Virus record (IMG/VR): IMGVR_UViG_3300048852_000120
Location: 1-49,193 of that record
Origin: a virus
Lineage: Duplodnaviria; Caudoviricetes
Length of the DNA: 49,193 nucleotides
Reading direction: 5' to 3' (one strand)
In this document: piece after piece, positions 18,769 to 27,896 of the stretch
Position numbering within the stretch: the first letter of the stretch is position 1
Layout: every line of letters begins with the position of its first letter
Notes under the pieces: model-generated
Seen by the model: the letters and a program-made list of their open reading frames with translations, nothing else
The model's database searches: none
Told to the model about the DNA's origin: nothing
Position numbers and translations under genes: made by a program

Positions 18769-19188
18769 TCAGACCGTCATGGTCCGAGGGGCGCGAATAA
18801 CGATGCTGGTTGGCGTCGGAGCTCCGTTGAATGCCGTCTTCTTCTTGTCGACGGTGTCGTAGGAGGCCGGCCAGTTGATCTGGTCAGGGTTGAAGACACC
18901 CTGACGGTAGATCGGAGCGCGGGTCGTGGTCTCACCAGCGGCCGTGACCACGGCAGCAACCGTGATGCCGATGGCCTGGGTCGTACCCTGAACGGCGGGA
19001 ACGAGAGCGCCCGACGAGAAGCCGACAGGCGTGCGGGCCGGAATGTTCTGGCTGGCCGCAACCAGCTCGTCCGTCGTCACAACCGGCGGGGAATCGCCAG
19101 TGATGAACGGATCGAAGTTCGTGATGGTCTCGACCGAGCTGCCGGCGATGCCTGCGGTATCGGCGCTGGTGGGGATATCGATAGCCAT
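18769..19188 (-). CDS. Head decoration protein D
   Basis: AIGI...YRQGVFNPDQINWP motif; between protease and capsid genes. Confidence 0.9.
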   Translation of the reverse strand: MAIDIPTSADTAGIAGSSVETITNFDPFITGDSPPVVTTDELVAASQNIPARTPVGFSSGALVPAVQGTTQAIGITVAAVVTAAGETTTRAPIYRQGVFNPDQINWPASYDTVDKKKTAFNGAPTPTSIVIRAPRTMTV

Positions 19189-19228
19189 GGAAGGAGGTCT
19201 CCTCTATCCGAAAGAGTTGCGGGAGCGC

Positions 19229-20515
19229 TTAGCCAGCCTTGCGGGGCGCGTAGCCGGCGGAGGCGAAGATCCCCTCCACATCATCCGGATCACGCTGGCC
19301 GCTCTCACCGCCTGCACCCACGACCGGGTTCGGCGTCTGGCCCATGGCTTGCTCGAAACGGTTCGGCTCCTTGGTCTGAGCGCCGGCCTTTGGAGCCTTC
19401 GCCATCGCTGCAGTAGCTTTCTCAGGGGCATCGTCGGTTTCGAAGGCATAGTAGCTCACGAGATCCTCGCGGCCCTTCGCCTCCTCGGATCCGAGGATGG
19501 CCTTGACGCGTGTACGCTCTGCGGTCGCGCCTTCCTTCACACCAGCCTCGCGGCCAGCCTTTTCGCCCTCCGTGCGGCCCTCAGCGCGCGCGGCATCGAG
19601 CGCAGCCTTGTCGGCTGCCTTGTCTTGAGTGGACATCTCTTCGTCTCCATCATCTGGGAACAATTCAGCCGCGAACGCAGCCGTGGCATCCTCAAGCGAG
19701 CCGATCTCGTCGGCCAAGCCATTGGACTTTGCTTGTGTGGCGGTGAACGTGAGGGCTTCCGTCTTGCGGATGGCCTTCTCGTCCATGCCCCTGTTCCGTG
19801 CCACGGTGGACACGAAAACTCCGTAGAGCTCGTCGATGCGAGCCTGAATGCGGTCCTTCACATCTTCAGGCAGCGCCTCATAGGCGTTGCCGTCGACTTT
19901 GTGCTTGCCCGCATGAATGAAGGTGATCTTGATGCCGGCGGCATCGACCGCCTTGCTGATATCGACGTGGAAGGTCACCACACCGATTGAGCCGACGCCG
20001 CCGGTGCGCGAGACCACGATCTTGTCAGCTGCGGAGGCAATCGAGTAGGCAGCGGAATAAGCGCTTTCGGCCGCAAAGGCCCGGACCGGCTTCTGGCCGC
20101 GGGTGTCGAACATCTTATCGACTAGGTCGAAGTTGCCGGCCACGTGCCCACCGGGGCTGTCGATGATCAGGGCTATACCCCTGACATTACCGTCAGCCAG
20201 CCCGCGCTCGAAAGCCTTCCAGATGTACGGGTAGCCTGTGGCCCAGGAGCCGAGCTGATAGCCAAAGCCATGGAGCAGGACGCCCTTGACCGGGATGTGG
20301 AGGACACCGTCCTTGACGATGTAGGGTCGGTAGACCGACCGCCAGTCGCTGGCATCAAACCAGAAGTCGTCGGCCATGACTGCCGGCGCCTCTGCCTTCT
20401 CGATGCTCTCCAGAATGGAAGAGGCCCGCGCTAGGCAGGCCTCGAACATTCCCTTCATCTCGACCGCGATCAGCGATGGCTGCAGGTCGAAGCTCGCCAG
20501 TAGTGAGTTATGCAT
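19229..20515 (-). CDS. S49-family capsid maturation protease with C-terminal scaffold region (lambda gpC/Nu3-like)
   Basis: IDSPGG, AYSAAYSIAS, GSIGV and AGKHKVDGN motifs. Confidence 0.93.
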   Translation of the reverse strand: MHNSLLASFDLQPSLIAVEMKGMFEACLARASSILESIEKAEAPAVMADDFWFDASDWRSVYRPYIVKDGVLHIPVKGVLLHGFGYQLGSWATGYPYIWKAFERGLADGNVRGIALIIDSPGGHVAGNFDLVDKMFDTRGQKPVRAFAAESAYSAAYSIASAADKIVVSRTGGVGSIGVVTFHVDISKAVDAAGIKITFIHAGKHKVDGNAYEALPEDVKDRIQARIDELYGVFVSTVARNRGMDEKAIRKTEALTFTATQAKSNGLADEIGSLEDATAAFAAELFPDDGDEEMSTQDKAADKAALDAARAEGRTEGEKAGREAGVKEGATAERTRVKAILGSEEAKGREDLVSYYAFETDDAPEKATAAMAKAPKAGAQTKEPNRFEQAMGQTPNPVVGAGGESGQRDPDDVEGIFASAGYAPRKAG

Positions 20516-22145
20516 TCGGGATCACCTCTGGCTGCTCTTCACTAGCGAGATACGCGTCGTCGGCTGCTCGCCGGGCCGCTTCGTCCCGCTGGGCTGGCGG
20601 CCAGGGCAACCCGGCCTGCTCATAAGCTTCCTTCTCGTAGGCAAGCTCACGAGCCTTCTGGTCGATCTGCTCGCGCCAGTCTCTGCCCTGCTCACCGGCC
20701 TCGTCCGCTAGAGTCGAGACGCCGTTGGTAAGGCGCTCCGTTGCCGCCTTCGCCTCCTTCAGCGGATCGACCCAGCCGCGGCCGGCGAAGATCCACTTGC
20801 AGCGGGTCCAGGCGATCTGGTTGGCGTAGTAGTCATCCGGAGTGCAGTCCGGGATCATGCCGCGCTGCACCGCCTCCTCGAACCAGAGGTCGTAGACAAC
20901 GGCGCACCAGTGATCGATCAGGAACTGCCGGACAGACGCGAAGTAGCGCCAAGCCTCAAGCAGCGCTGCTCGGGCCGACGAATAGTTCGTCTTCGAGAAG
21001 TCCCGAAAGACGAGCTCGTACGGCATGTTCAAGCCGGTACCAATACTGCGGAGCATTACTGTGGCGAAGCTGTCCAGCTCCGTCAGCTGCTGGTTCGGCG
21101 CAAACGGCTTCAGCTGGCTGCCAGGCGGCAGCGGGATCATGGTCCCGCCAGACATCTGGATCCGCCACTCGTCGATGGACTGCCGGTACGATCCCATTGG
21201 ATCGTCGGTCTGGCCGAACATGTCCGCGATCTGCTGACCTTCCATCGGCGTTTCCAGCGCCGCAAAGATCAGCGAGTTCAGCACCGCCTTGCGGAGCTGT
21301 TCGCGGTTCATGTGATCGAACATCTTAAAAAGCCGGGCCACAGACGTGATCACGGCTTTGCCACGCGTCTGTCCAACCCGCTCGCTCTCGAAGATATGGA
21401 TCACCCGTCGGCGGCCCCACGGCATGTAGGCTGGGATTCGCTCCCACTCGCCGACACCGTATCCAAGGCCGTAGCCGTAGATATCGCCAGGGTGCGTCTT
21501 GCGGATGTGGTAGGCCGTCGCTGCCGTCGTAACCGGATCCAACTCGATCCCGCCACGGAAGTTGACACTCTCGACCTTACCCATCGGGTTCGACAGGCGG
21601 GCCGGGTCGACTAGCTGCAAGCAGGTATTCCACCTTGATCCGTTGCGCTTGGTCCACAGAGGCAAGGCGAGCGCCTCACCGGTGGCCGCAATCGTGCGAG
21701 CCTGAAGGCGGGTGGAGGTGTGGAAGTTGTAGCGGAGGCCTGCATCGAACCAATCAGTGTCGGTGAAAGTCGTGAAGAGCGCCTCTACCTCTCGGGCCCA
21801 ACCGTCGACCCAGCTCGCTGGTTTGCCGAGCGTCACCCGATCCGGATTCGGTTTACAGGTGATCCGAGGCCCTATGACGTTGTCGATGAAGGTTCGCTCG
21901 GAACCGGCCGCGACACCGTTGTTGCGAACGAGGTCATCGATGCGACCAGAGATCGTATCGAGCTCCGGCAGCAAGGCCGCGTCCGGTGACAGGCGAGCGG
22001 AGGGCCACGTTGCCATGTCCTTCGCGAGGTAGGACGCGGCGTGGTGCGAGGTCTCGACCTCCGGCACCGCCATCAGGTCGCGACCTGTCCGGGCAGGCCG
22101 GGCTTTCACGCCAGGCGCCCCTCTTTGGTTCCAGGATGGCTGCAT
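20508..22145 (-). CDS. Portal protein (lambda family)
   Basis: DLVRNNG, GQTRG, DFSKTNYSSARAALLE and WVDPLKE motifs. Confidence 0.95.
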   Translation of the reverse strand: MQPSWNQRGAPGVKARPARTGRDLMAVPEVETSHHAASYLAKDMATWPSARLSPDAALLPELDTISGRIDDLVRNNGVAAGSERTFIDNVIGPRITCKPNPDRVTLGKPASWVDGWAREVEALFTTFTDTDWFDAGLRYNFHTSTRLQARTIAATGEALALPLWTKRNGSRWNTCLQLVDPARLSNPMGKVESVNFRGGIELDPVTTAATAYHIRKTHPGDIYGYGLGYGVGEWERIPAYMPWGRRRVIHIFESERVGQTRGKAVITSVARLFKMFDHMNREQLRKAVLNSLIFAALETPMEGQQIADMFGQTDDPMGSYRQSIDEWRIQMSGGTMIPLPPGSQLKPFAPNQQLTELDSFATVMLRSIGTGLNMPYELVFRDFSKTNYSSARAALLEAWRYFASVRQFLIDHWCAVVYDLWFEEAVQRGMIPDCTPDDYYANQIAWTRCKWIFAGRGWVDPLKEAKAATERLTNGVSTLADEAGEQGRDWREQIDQKARELAYEKEAYEQAGLPWPPAQRDEAARRAADDAYLASEEQPEVIPNA

Positions 22146-22375
22146 CAGAAGGACATCACAAAGGGCCCACGGCGGGGCGGAACAGGGCCCTCGAGGGCTG
22201 CGATCTGCCGCCTGAGATCATCGACATAGGCGCGCAGCTGGCCGATCGTGGCAGCCGTGTAAGTGAGCTTCCGCTCTCCATCCGAGATCGACACGACAGC
22301 CTTCCCGATCGACAGTCGATGCAGGGCCAGCTCCGCCTCGGTCAGGCGTTGCTTCAAGATGGAAAGATCAACCAT
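22145..22375 (-). CDS. gpW-like head-to-tail joining protein
   Basis: LTEAELALHRLSIGKAVVSI...LRAYVDDL; between terminase and portal. Confidence 0.88.
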   Translation of the reverse strand: MVDLSILKQRLTEAELALHRLSIGKAVVSISDGERKLTYTAATIGQLRAYVDDLRRQIAALEGPVPPRRGPFVMSF

Positions 22376-22382
22376 GTCACTC

Positions 22383-24299
22383 TCAGATGTAAGGGTCAGA
22401 AGCCGCCGCCATCGGGCGGCCTAGTGCGTCACCGCTAGCCTTGTTTGGAGCCGGGGAAGCTGCCCGCGCTTCCTCGCGGACAGGCGCCTCCCGCCGGCGA
22501 GCCGTCTCGGACAGCCGCTGAGCGTTTAACAAATAACCCGCGGCGCCCTGCATGGCCTCGCAGTCCAGGTAGTGATTGTCCTTTGACCGCTGCACCCATT
22601 GGACCTTGCCGGATGGGCGCTTGACCCGCGCCTCTGACACGATCTGCATGCAGTAGTCGTTATCGACATCAATCGGCAGGTGCCAGGCGCCGAGCTGATC
22701 GGAGGGCCACCTGACGCGCTCGTGAACCCAGCTCTTCCAATGATCGGTGTCGAGGCGAACCAGCTCAAGGCCGTACTTGTTGGCTCGGCCGTCCCGAGTC
22801 ACCTCGAGCTTGCTGACCACAAGCGGTGTCCGGAGCGGCACCGACGAACCCTTCGTCGGGCGCACGATCCGGGAGAAACCTCGACAGAACTCGTAGACCC
22901 GGTTCAGCGGCAAGGTATCGACCTTGCCCGGACGGAAGCCCGAATCCACGAACGCCAGCCTGATCGGGATGCCGGCCACCGGAGTGGAAACCAGATCAGC
23001 TAGATCAGCCCAGATCTCCTCATCGGTCGTCGGACCATAAAGGACACCATGGTCGATCAGCCAGGACGTGGAGCGAGCGCCCCATCCCCGAATGACCCAG
23101 TAGATGGCGTTCTTCTGGACGTCGGCGGTCAAGGTCAGATGGATGACGCCTTTCGGCACCTCCCCACGCTCGTAACCGGAGCCGTTCCTCTTCCCCGCGA
23201 CCTCTGTCCATTCTGGCGCATCGCCCCCGCCGGGGGCATAGAGTTCGCCGAAGCCGGTGTTAATGACACCCTGGACCTGCTCCTGATCTCCAGACGCGAC
23301 CGCCTCAAGCCATGCTGCAGCGCGCTCACCGAAGGTCACGAACGGCGATGCTAGGCCGGATACCCAGAAGGACAGCGTCAGTGAGGGCGGAGGATCTCCG
23401 ATCACTTGTCCGTCCGGCGTGACCAACTGCCCAGGCGCCACATAGACGCCCTTGGCATTCATCTCCGGCTTGTGCTGCTCTTCGATGATCCCGCCGCAAT
23501 CCTCTCGCGGGCAGATCATGAAGGCTTTGCGCTGCGCCTGCTCCGGGGTGGCCTTTTCGGGCCACCGCAGATGGCGGAATCGCGGGATGAAATACTCACC
23601 GCAGCATGGGCACGGCCATGCCCAATGGTGGCGGGTACCGGACTGCCAGAGTTTCCAGATCGGGCTTTCGAGGTCTCTAGGATCGACCTTCTTCCAGAAC
23701 TCGAGGCCGCTCTCCGGATCCTTCTCCACGTCAACTGCACCCTTCTTAGGGGTCGATGTCACCACAACCTTACGGTCGCGATAGGTGAAGCCGCGCGCCT
23801 TCACGACGGTCAGAGGGTCACCGTTCCCCTTCACGTCAGTGACCATCTGGTCGAGCTCGTCGACGTGAACATCGCCGGCCTGGTCAGATGACAGCTGAGT
23901 TCCGGAGCCTGCCCAGGCGAGACGGAGCGGCACGCCTGCTACCAGCTTGCGCGTCTTCTTCATCCGCTTGCCGCGGGCGACCTTGTTCTGCAGCGTCGGA
24001 GCCTGATCGAGCAGCTGCATGATGCGCGGCTCGAGCTGGTCCGTCAGGAAGTCCTTTGAGGGCCCGACGTAGAGCTGAGGGCGCGGCCGCGTGTCGAGAC
24101 GCCAGCCGACCATGTCGAGCACAGCGTCCGTCTTTCCCATCTGCGAACCGCAGACCAGACAGAGGACACCGTAGGAGACGTCGTCGAGAGCATTCGAGAA
24201 CGGGACCACGTAGGGCGTGTAGTAGGGGTCGCGCTTGCCGGGCCTGCCAGCCGAGACCGGATACCGCCTACTCTTCTGCGCCCATGCCGTCGGTGTCAT
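22383..24299 (-). CDS. Terminase large subunit (GpA family); start could be as far upstream as 24419
   Basis: SQMGKT Walker A, VDELD Walker B, STP, PCPCCGEY, TADVQ and NHYLDCE motifs. Confidence 0.95.
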   Translation of the reverse strand: MTPTAWAQKSRRYPVSAGRPGKRDPYYTPYVVPFSNALDDVSYGVLCLVCGSQMGKTDAVLDMVGWRLDTRPRPQLYVGPSKDFLTDQLEPRIMQLLDQAPTLQNKVARGKRMKKTRKLVAGVPLRLAWAGSGTQLSSDQAGDVHVDELDQMVTDVKGNGDPLTVVKARGFTYRDRKVVVTSTPKKGAVDVEKDPESGLEFWKKVDPRDLESPIWKLWQSGTRHHWAWPCPCCGEYFIPRFRHLRWPEKATPEQAQRKAFMICPREDCGGIIEEQHKPEMNAKGVYVAPGQLVTPDGQVIGDPPPSLTLSFWVSGLASPFVTFGERAAAWLEAVASGDQEQVQGVINTGFGELYAPGGGDAPEWTEVAGKRNGSGYERGEVPKGVIHLTLTADVQKNAIYWVIRGWGARSTSWLIDHGVLYGPTTDEEIWADLADLVSTPVAGIPIRLAFVDSGFRPGKVDTLPLNRVYEFCRGFSRIVRPTKGSSVPLRTPLVVSKLEVTRDGRANKYGLELVRLDTDHWKSWVHERVRWPSDQLGAWHLPIDVDNDYCMQIVSEARVKRPSGKVQWVQRSKDNHYLDCEAMQGAAGYLLNAQRLSETARRREAPVREEARAASPAPNKASGDALGRPMAAASDPYI

Positions 24300-24777
24300 C
24301 CGCGGCGTCGGCTTCAGCAGCGTCGCGGCCCGCCTGGATATCGCCCGCAGCCCGTGCGCACCTCTCGCTGATTTCGGCAAGGACACCATTGATCTCGTCT
24401 TCGATTTTCCTCCGGACAACCACGTCTTCCGTCACCCGGGCCGGCACTGATGCGAGGTCTGAAACCAGCGAGCCGATGATCGTGTCGAAAGCCGCTACAG
24501 CATCCTCAACCGGCATCAGCAGTCGCTCGGCCTCGTCATTCTCCCGGCGCATCCGACGGACACGCTCAGCCTCAACCGGATCCTCGGCCTTCTTCGACCC
24601 TTGTTCGCTTTCTGCGCGCCACTGCCCCCAGGATGCAATGCACTCAATGACAAGGTACTTGCCCCGTCCATCCTTCTTGAAAACGCCTTGTACCGTAAGC
24701 TTTTGAACCCACCGAGTGGTGCATCCGAAGAGGCGGGCGAGATCGGCAGCCCCGACAACCTCTGGGAAGCCAGCCAT
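24268..24777 (-). CDS. Terminase small subunit (Nu1-like)
   Basis: N-terminal winged HTH (ADLARLFGCTTRWVQKL), coiled coil, LASVPARV. Confidence 0.88.
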   Translation of the reverse strand: MAGFPEVVGAADLARLFGCTTRWVQKLTVQGVFKKDGRGKYLVIECIASWGQWRAESEQGSKKAEDPVEAERVRRMRRENDEAERLLMPVEDAVAAFDTIIGSLVSDLASVPARVTEDVVVRRKIEDEINGVLAEISERCARAAGDIQAGRDAAEADAADDTDGMGAEE

Positions 24778-24828
24778 AGGAATGCGAACTCCACTTTCCG
24801 GAGGGCCAAATATGCGTAAATCCCGGGC

Positions 24829-24868
24829 CGTTCTCCGCCCGCAGGTAGGGGGGTCTCAGGAGGGACCC
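24829..24868 (-). other. Lambda-like cos site (cosQ 24868-24862; cosN 24840-24829)
   Basis: Minus strand GGGTCCC-N21-GGGCGGAGAACG-GCCCGGGATTTACGCATATTT resembles lambda cosQ GGGTCCT, cosN GGGCGGCGACCT and the following CGCGGGTTTTCGCTATTT; just upstream of terS. Confidence 0.7.
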
Positions 24869-24931
24869 GCAGTGTTACACCGATGCATTCCGAGGGCCTC
24901 GGCACCCCCATTCAGAGGCCGGTTCAACCCC

Positions 24932-25501
24932 TCACTTGGCATCCAGGATGCGCAGGAGCTCGTGCCCGAGGCGGTCTGCCAGGTCGCGCTGAGCCACCTC
25001 GTAGAAGGCTGCCTCAGTCGCGCCGCTGACCATCTCCTGAGGGATGATGACGCCGCTATCCACCATCTCGATGGGCGTGCGTGCTGCAGACGTTCTGCGG
25101 TAGACGTGGCCGCCCATGTTGAGTGCGACGCGGTTGGGTTTGCGTCCACCCTTCATGAAGGCCGCCGGGGTGTAGGTACGCTTGCCGAATGGCTTGGCGC
25201 TGACGCCCTTCCTGACTTCCTTCGGGTCGAAGTACTTGAGGGAGATGTCTCCGCCTCGTGAGCTGATCGTGTAGGAGAGGTCGCCTTTCTGGGCGGCCTT
25301 CCTGACCTTCAAAGCTCTTACGATGGTCTTCCTCTTGAGCCCGGTTTGAGCTGTGAGAGTTCTGATCATCGCTGTTCTTGCCTTGGCTCCGGTGTGGTTG
25401 AGAGCCCGTGCGATAGCCACGGGCGCTCTCTTACCAGCTGCTGCGATCTGGTTGCCAAGACGCGAGACGTCGACAGTATCGATTCTGATCTGGAGCGCCA
25501 T
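24932..25501 (-). CDS. Lambda gpZ-like minor tail/neck protein
   Basis: Basic protein with AIARALNHTG...AF...GHVYRR pattern. Confidence 0.7.
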   Translation of the reverse strand: MALQIRIDTVDVSRLGNQIAAAGKRAPVAIARALNHTGAKARTAMIRTLTAQTGLKRKTIVRALKVRKAAQKGDLSYTISSRGGDISLKYFDPKEVRKGVSAKPFGKRTYTPAAFMKGGRKPNRVALNMGGHVYRRTSAARTPIEMVDSGVIIPQEMVSGATEAAFYEVAQRDLADRLGHELLRILDAK

Positions 25502-26043
25502 TGAAGCCTCGCGGATACATAACCTTTATACGTTGAGGCTAGCGGAGGCGTTGCAGGTTCTCTCTGGTTTGGCTCGCCGTCGCCGCTTGGGGCGGCGCGT
25601 CGACCAGGTGAGAGGGTGATAGGTGCTGTCTATCTGCGCTACCGCTTGATGATCGACAGAAGGAGTGTTGCCCTCTGTCAATCATCTGGTCAATGGGGCG
25701 TCGCGGTGTGTTTCAAATTATGAGCACACCTGGATCGGACGGGACGGTTGGTTGCAAGCCCTTGAAGGATCTGGCTTTCCCGCTGCCGTGAATGGCGTCG
25801 TGGGCTATGCCCATAACGCTATTCTTTTCTGGCTCCGATCATTGGATGAGCGGTTGACAGGATGCCGGCGCAAATCCGGCTCTGTCGCTCATCTTGCGAC
25901 GTTTCGTGGCCCGCGGTTGAGGCGGGCAATCCAAATCAAACTCTCTCGTGCCGTCTGGCTGCGCCGCAGTTAACCAGCCCTATGGTTCTTTGTTGCGTGT
26001 GCTCGAACTGACGCTACGATCCGCCCCACAAAAGGGGGCAATC

Positions 26044-26372
26044 ATGAAACTCTTAGGATCTGCGACCATCGTTCTATCCAGCCTGATCGGTACTCAAGCG
26101 CTGGCTGATTCAAAGAGCACCGTCGACAACGCCTATCGTCTCTGTGCGATGTTCGACAACACGGGGTTGCTTAGTGAAGAGTGCATGTCTCTGGTTGGGG
26201 CTCATCGGTCAACGTGAAGATCGATACGACATCGGGCGAAGCTCGTCAGATCTGCGCACAGGTAGTGGGGCTGGTCAGGCAGAAGGGTTTGTCGTTCGAT
26301 CCGGGATGGCAGATCAAAATCTACTCGCCTTATAGCGGCACCAACGCCATCGCTTTCTGCCGTCTCAGCTGA
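26044..26372 (+). pseudogene. Secreted Cys-containing moron protein with a 1-nt frameshift near 26185
   Basis: GGGGG RBS and signal peptide MKLLGSATIVLSSLIGTQALA; coding continues in another frame (VSGWGSSVNVKID...AFCRLS). Confidence 0.7.
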
Positions 26373-26635
26373 CGCCGTTGCCTCTTGGCCTCTGCCGCCT
26401 CGATAATCGCCAGCTCGCCGGCCGGTAGCCGCGCTAAGCGCCGCTTCTCAACCGTGATGTCGATCGCACTGGTCACCACCTCAGGCAGGATCGCTGGCAG
26501 CAGGTCCGGCATCGGCGGGTCGGTCCGCTCGATCTCCTTCCGGCTCATCGGGCGAGGCGCGGACCTGGCCAAGCCGATGTTGCCCATCGTGGCGACGGCC
26601 GCAGCCATCAGCATTCCAACGGACAAAGCTCGCAT
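26330..26635 (-). CDS. Hypothetical phage protein
   Basis: GAGG RBS before ATG 26635; AAEAKRQRR basic tail. Confidence 0.55.
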   Translation of the reverse strand: MRALSVGMLMAAAVATMGNIGLARSAPRPMSRKEIERTDPPMPDLLPAILPEVVTSAIDITVEKRRLARLPAGELAIIEAAEAKRQRRQLRRQKAMALVPL

Positions 26636-26775
26636 AAAATCCTCACTCTTCCCCATTGCTTGGGGCTTTCGCATTCGGATCAAGTCAGGATAATCTTCCA
26701 TTCGCGCGATCCGATCACGCCACCCGAGCACAGGCCTTTGAGGCGGGTACTGACCCGGGAAAGGAGGTGATTCCG

Positions 26776-26910
26776 ATGTCGAACAAAGACTCGAACACGC
26801 GCAAGGTTGGTCGAGACGCTGGGAATGGCCAGTTCACTACGGTGAAGGAAGCCAAGGGCAACCCCAAGACCCACGTCGTTGAGACCATCAAGACGCCCAA
26901 GAAGAAGTAA
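26776..26910 (+). CDS. 44-aa basic peptide (GRDAxxGQF family)
   Basis: Strong AAGGAGGT RBS; MSNKDSNTRKVGRDAGNGQFTTVKEAKGNPKTHVVETIKTPKKK; hairpin downstream. Confidence 0.8.
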   Translation: MSNKDSNTRKVGRDAGNGQFTTVKEAKGNPKTHVVETIKTPKKK

Positions 26911-26929
26911 GCTTCTTTAGGGGCATCGG

Positions 26930-26957
26930 AGCGAGGTCGGGTCGGATCCGGCCTCGC
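26930..26957 (+). terminator. Hairpin downstream of the small peptide gene
   Basis: GCGAGGTCGG...CCGGCCTCGC inverted repeat followed by pyrimidines. Confidence 0.5.
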
Positions 26958-27302
26958 CTCTCTATCTCAGACGTTTTGTTAGGGTTGGTGGGTCACATGA
27001 CTGCCTCCCGCGCCGGTCTCAAGCCGTTCAACTTATGGCTCTTGCGAGCATGGCAAGATTGATGCCTCAAACAGGGCCCGGTGTCACCACACGCAAAAAA
27101 GCGCTTTCAGATCATGTACATCGCTGGCTAGTTGCGAATGGAAGACAAATCTTTTGCAACTAGATCGGCTTAGGCCGCACGGGTCTGTGGCCCCGCGCTG
27201 TGCTGATAATGATGAATTTTTCCGGTTCCTGCTTGTTCACACGGTCCACATCAGGCGATATCGACGCCTCAGGAGCCACGGGCAAGAGAGCGACGCTGAC
27301 AA

Positions 27303-27872
27303 ATGACGGACGAGCTGGGCAGGCAAATACCAAATCCGGTGAAAGACTACGGACGCCAGCGCCGGGCGGAGGTGCAGGCCTTCGCGGAGGCGCTCACACT
27401 GGGAGATGACCTAGGCGCGGTCATCCGTGCACATCTCTATCTTGAGCGCGAGCTGAACCACTTCAACGAAGCTCTTGTTGATCCAGCCGTACTGAGGGTC
27501 TTCAAACCGCGATACAATCAGAAGGTTCGCTTGGCTGTAGCCTTGGGATTGCCAGAGCATTTCGCGGGGCCGCTATCCTGTATTGGCGATATCCGAAATA
27601 CATTTGCCCATGAGCTGCACCCCTCGCTCACAGAGGCCCAGATGAAGCGGTTCTACGAATCTCTTAACGAAGATCTGAAGGCTGATGCACAGCAATCCTT
27701 CGAGCTACTTCGCGAGAGCAAACTGGGCGCTCATGTCCTCCGTTCAATCTCGGATTTATCGCCACGCGATCAGCTGGCCCTCTACATGGTACAACTGTGG
27801 ACCAAGCTTGTAACCGCTGTTCACTTCTCGTTGCGGCAGCGCGAGGCAAGCAAGTCCTCTGGATTCCGATAA
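27303..27872 (+). CDS. HEPN/MtlR-like moron protein
   Basis: DDLGAVIRAHLYLERELN...KVRLAVALGL...IRNTFAH (RxxxxH); opposite strand to flanking phage genes; lower GC. Confidence 0.75.
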   Translation: MTDELGRQIPNPVKDYGRQRRAEVQAFAEALTLGDDLGAVIRAHLYLERELNHFNEALVDPAVLRVFKPRYNQKVRLAVALGLPEHFAGPLSCIGDIRNTFAHELHPSLTEAQMKRFYESLNEDLKADAQQSFELLRESKLGAHVLRSISDLSPRDQLALYMVQLWTKLVTAVHFSLRQREASKSSGFR

Positions 27873-27896
27873 TTACGGTTTCGACAAGAAATGGAT

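Noticed and set aside
25502-26030. Possible genes or RNA between the gpZ-like gene and the secreted moron
   Set aside because: ORFs lack an RBS or recognisable motifs, and no convincing structure was seen
27225-27238. GTTC-N6-GTTC upstream of the HEPN-like gene as a LexA box
   Set aside because: Spacer is 6 nt, not the required 7
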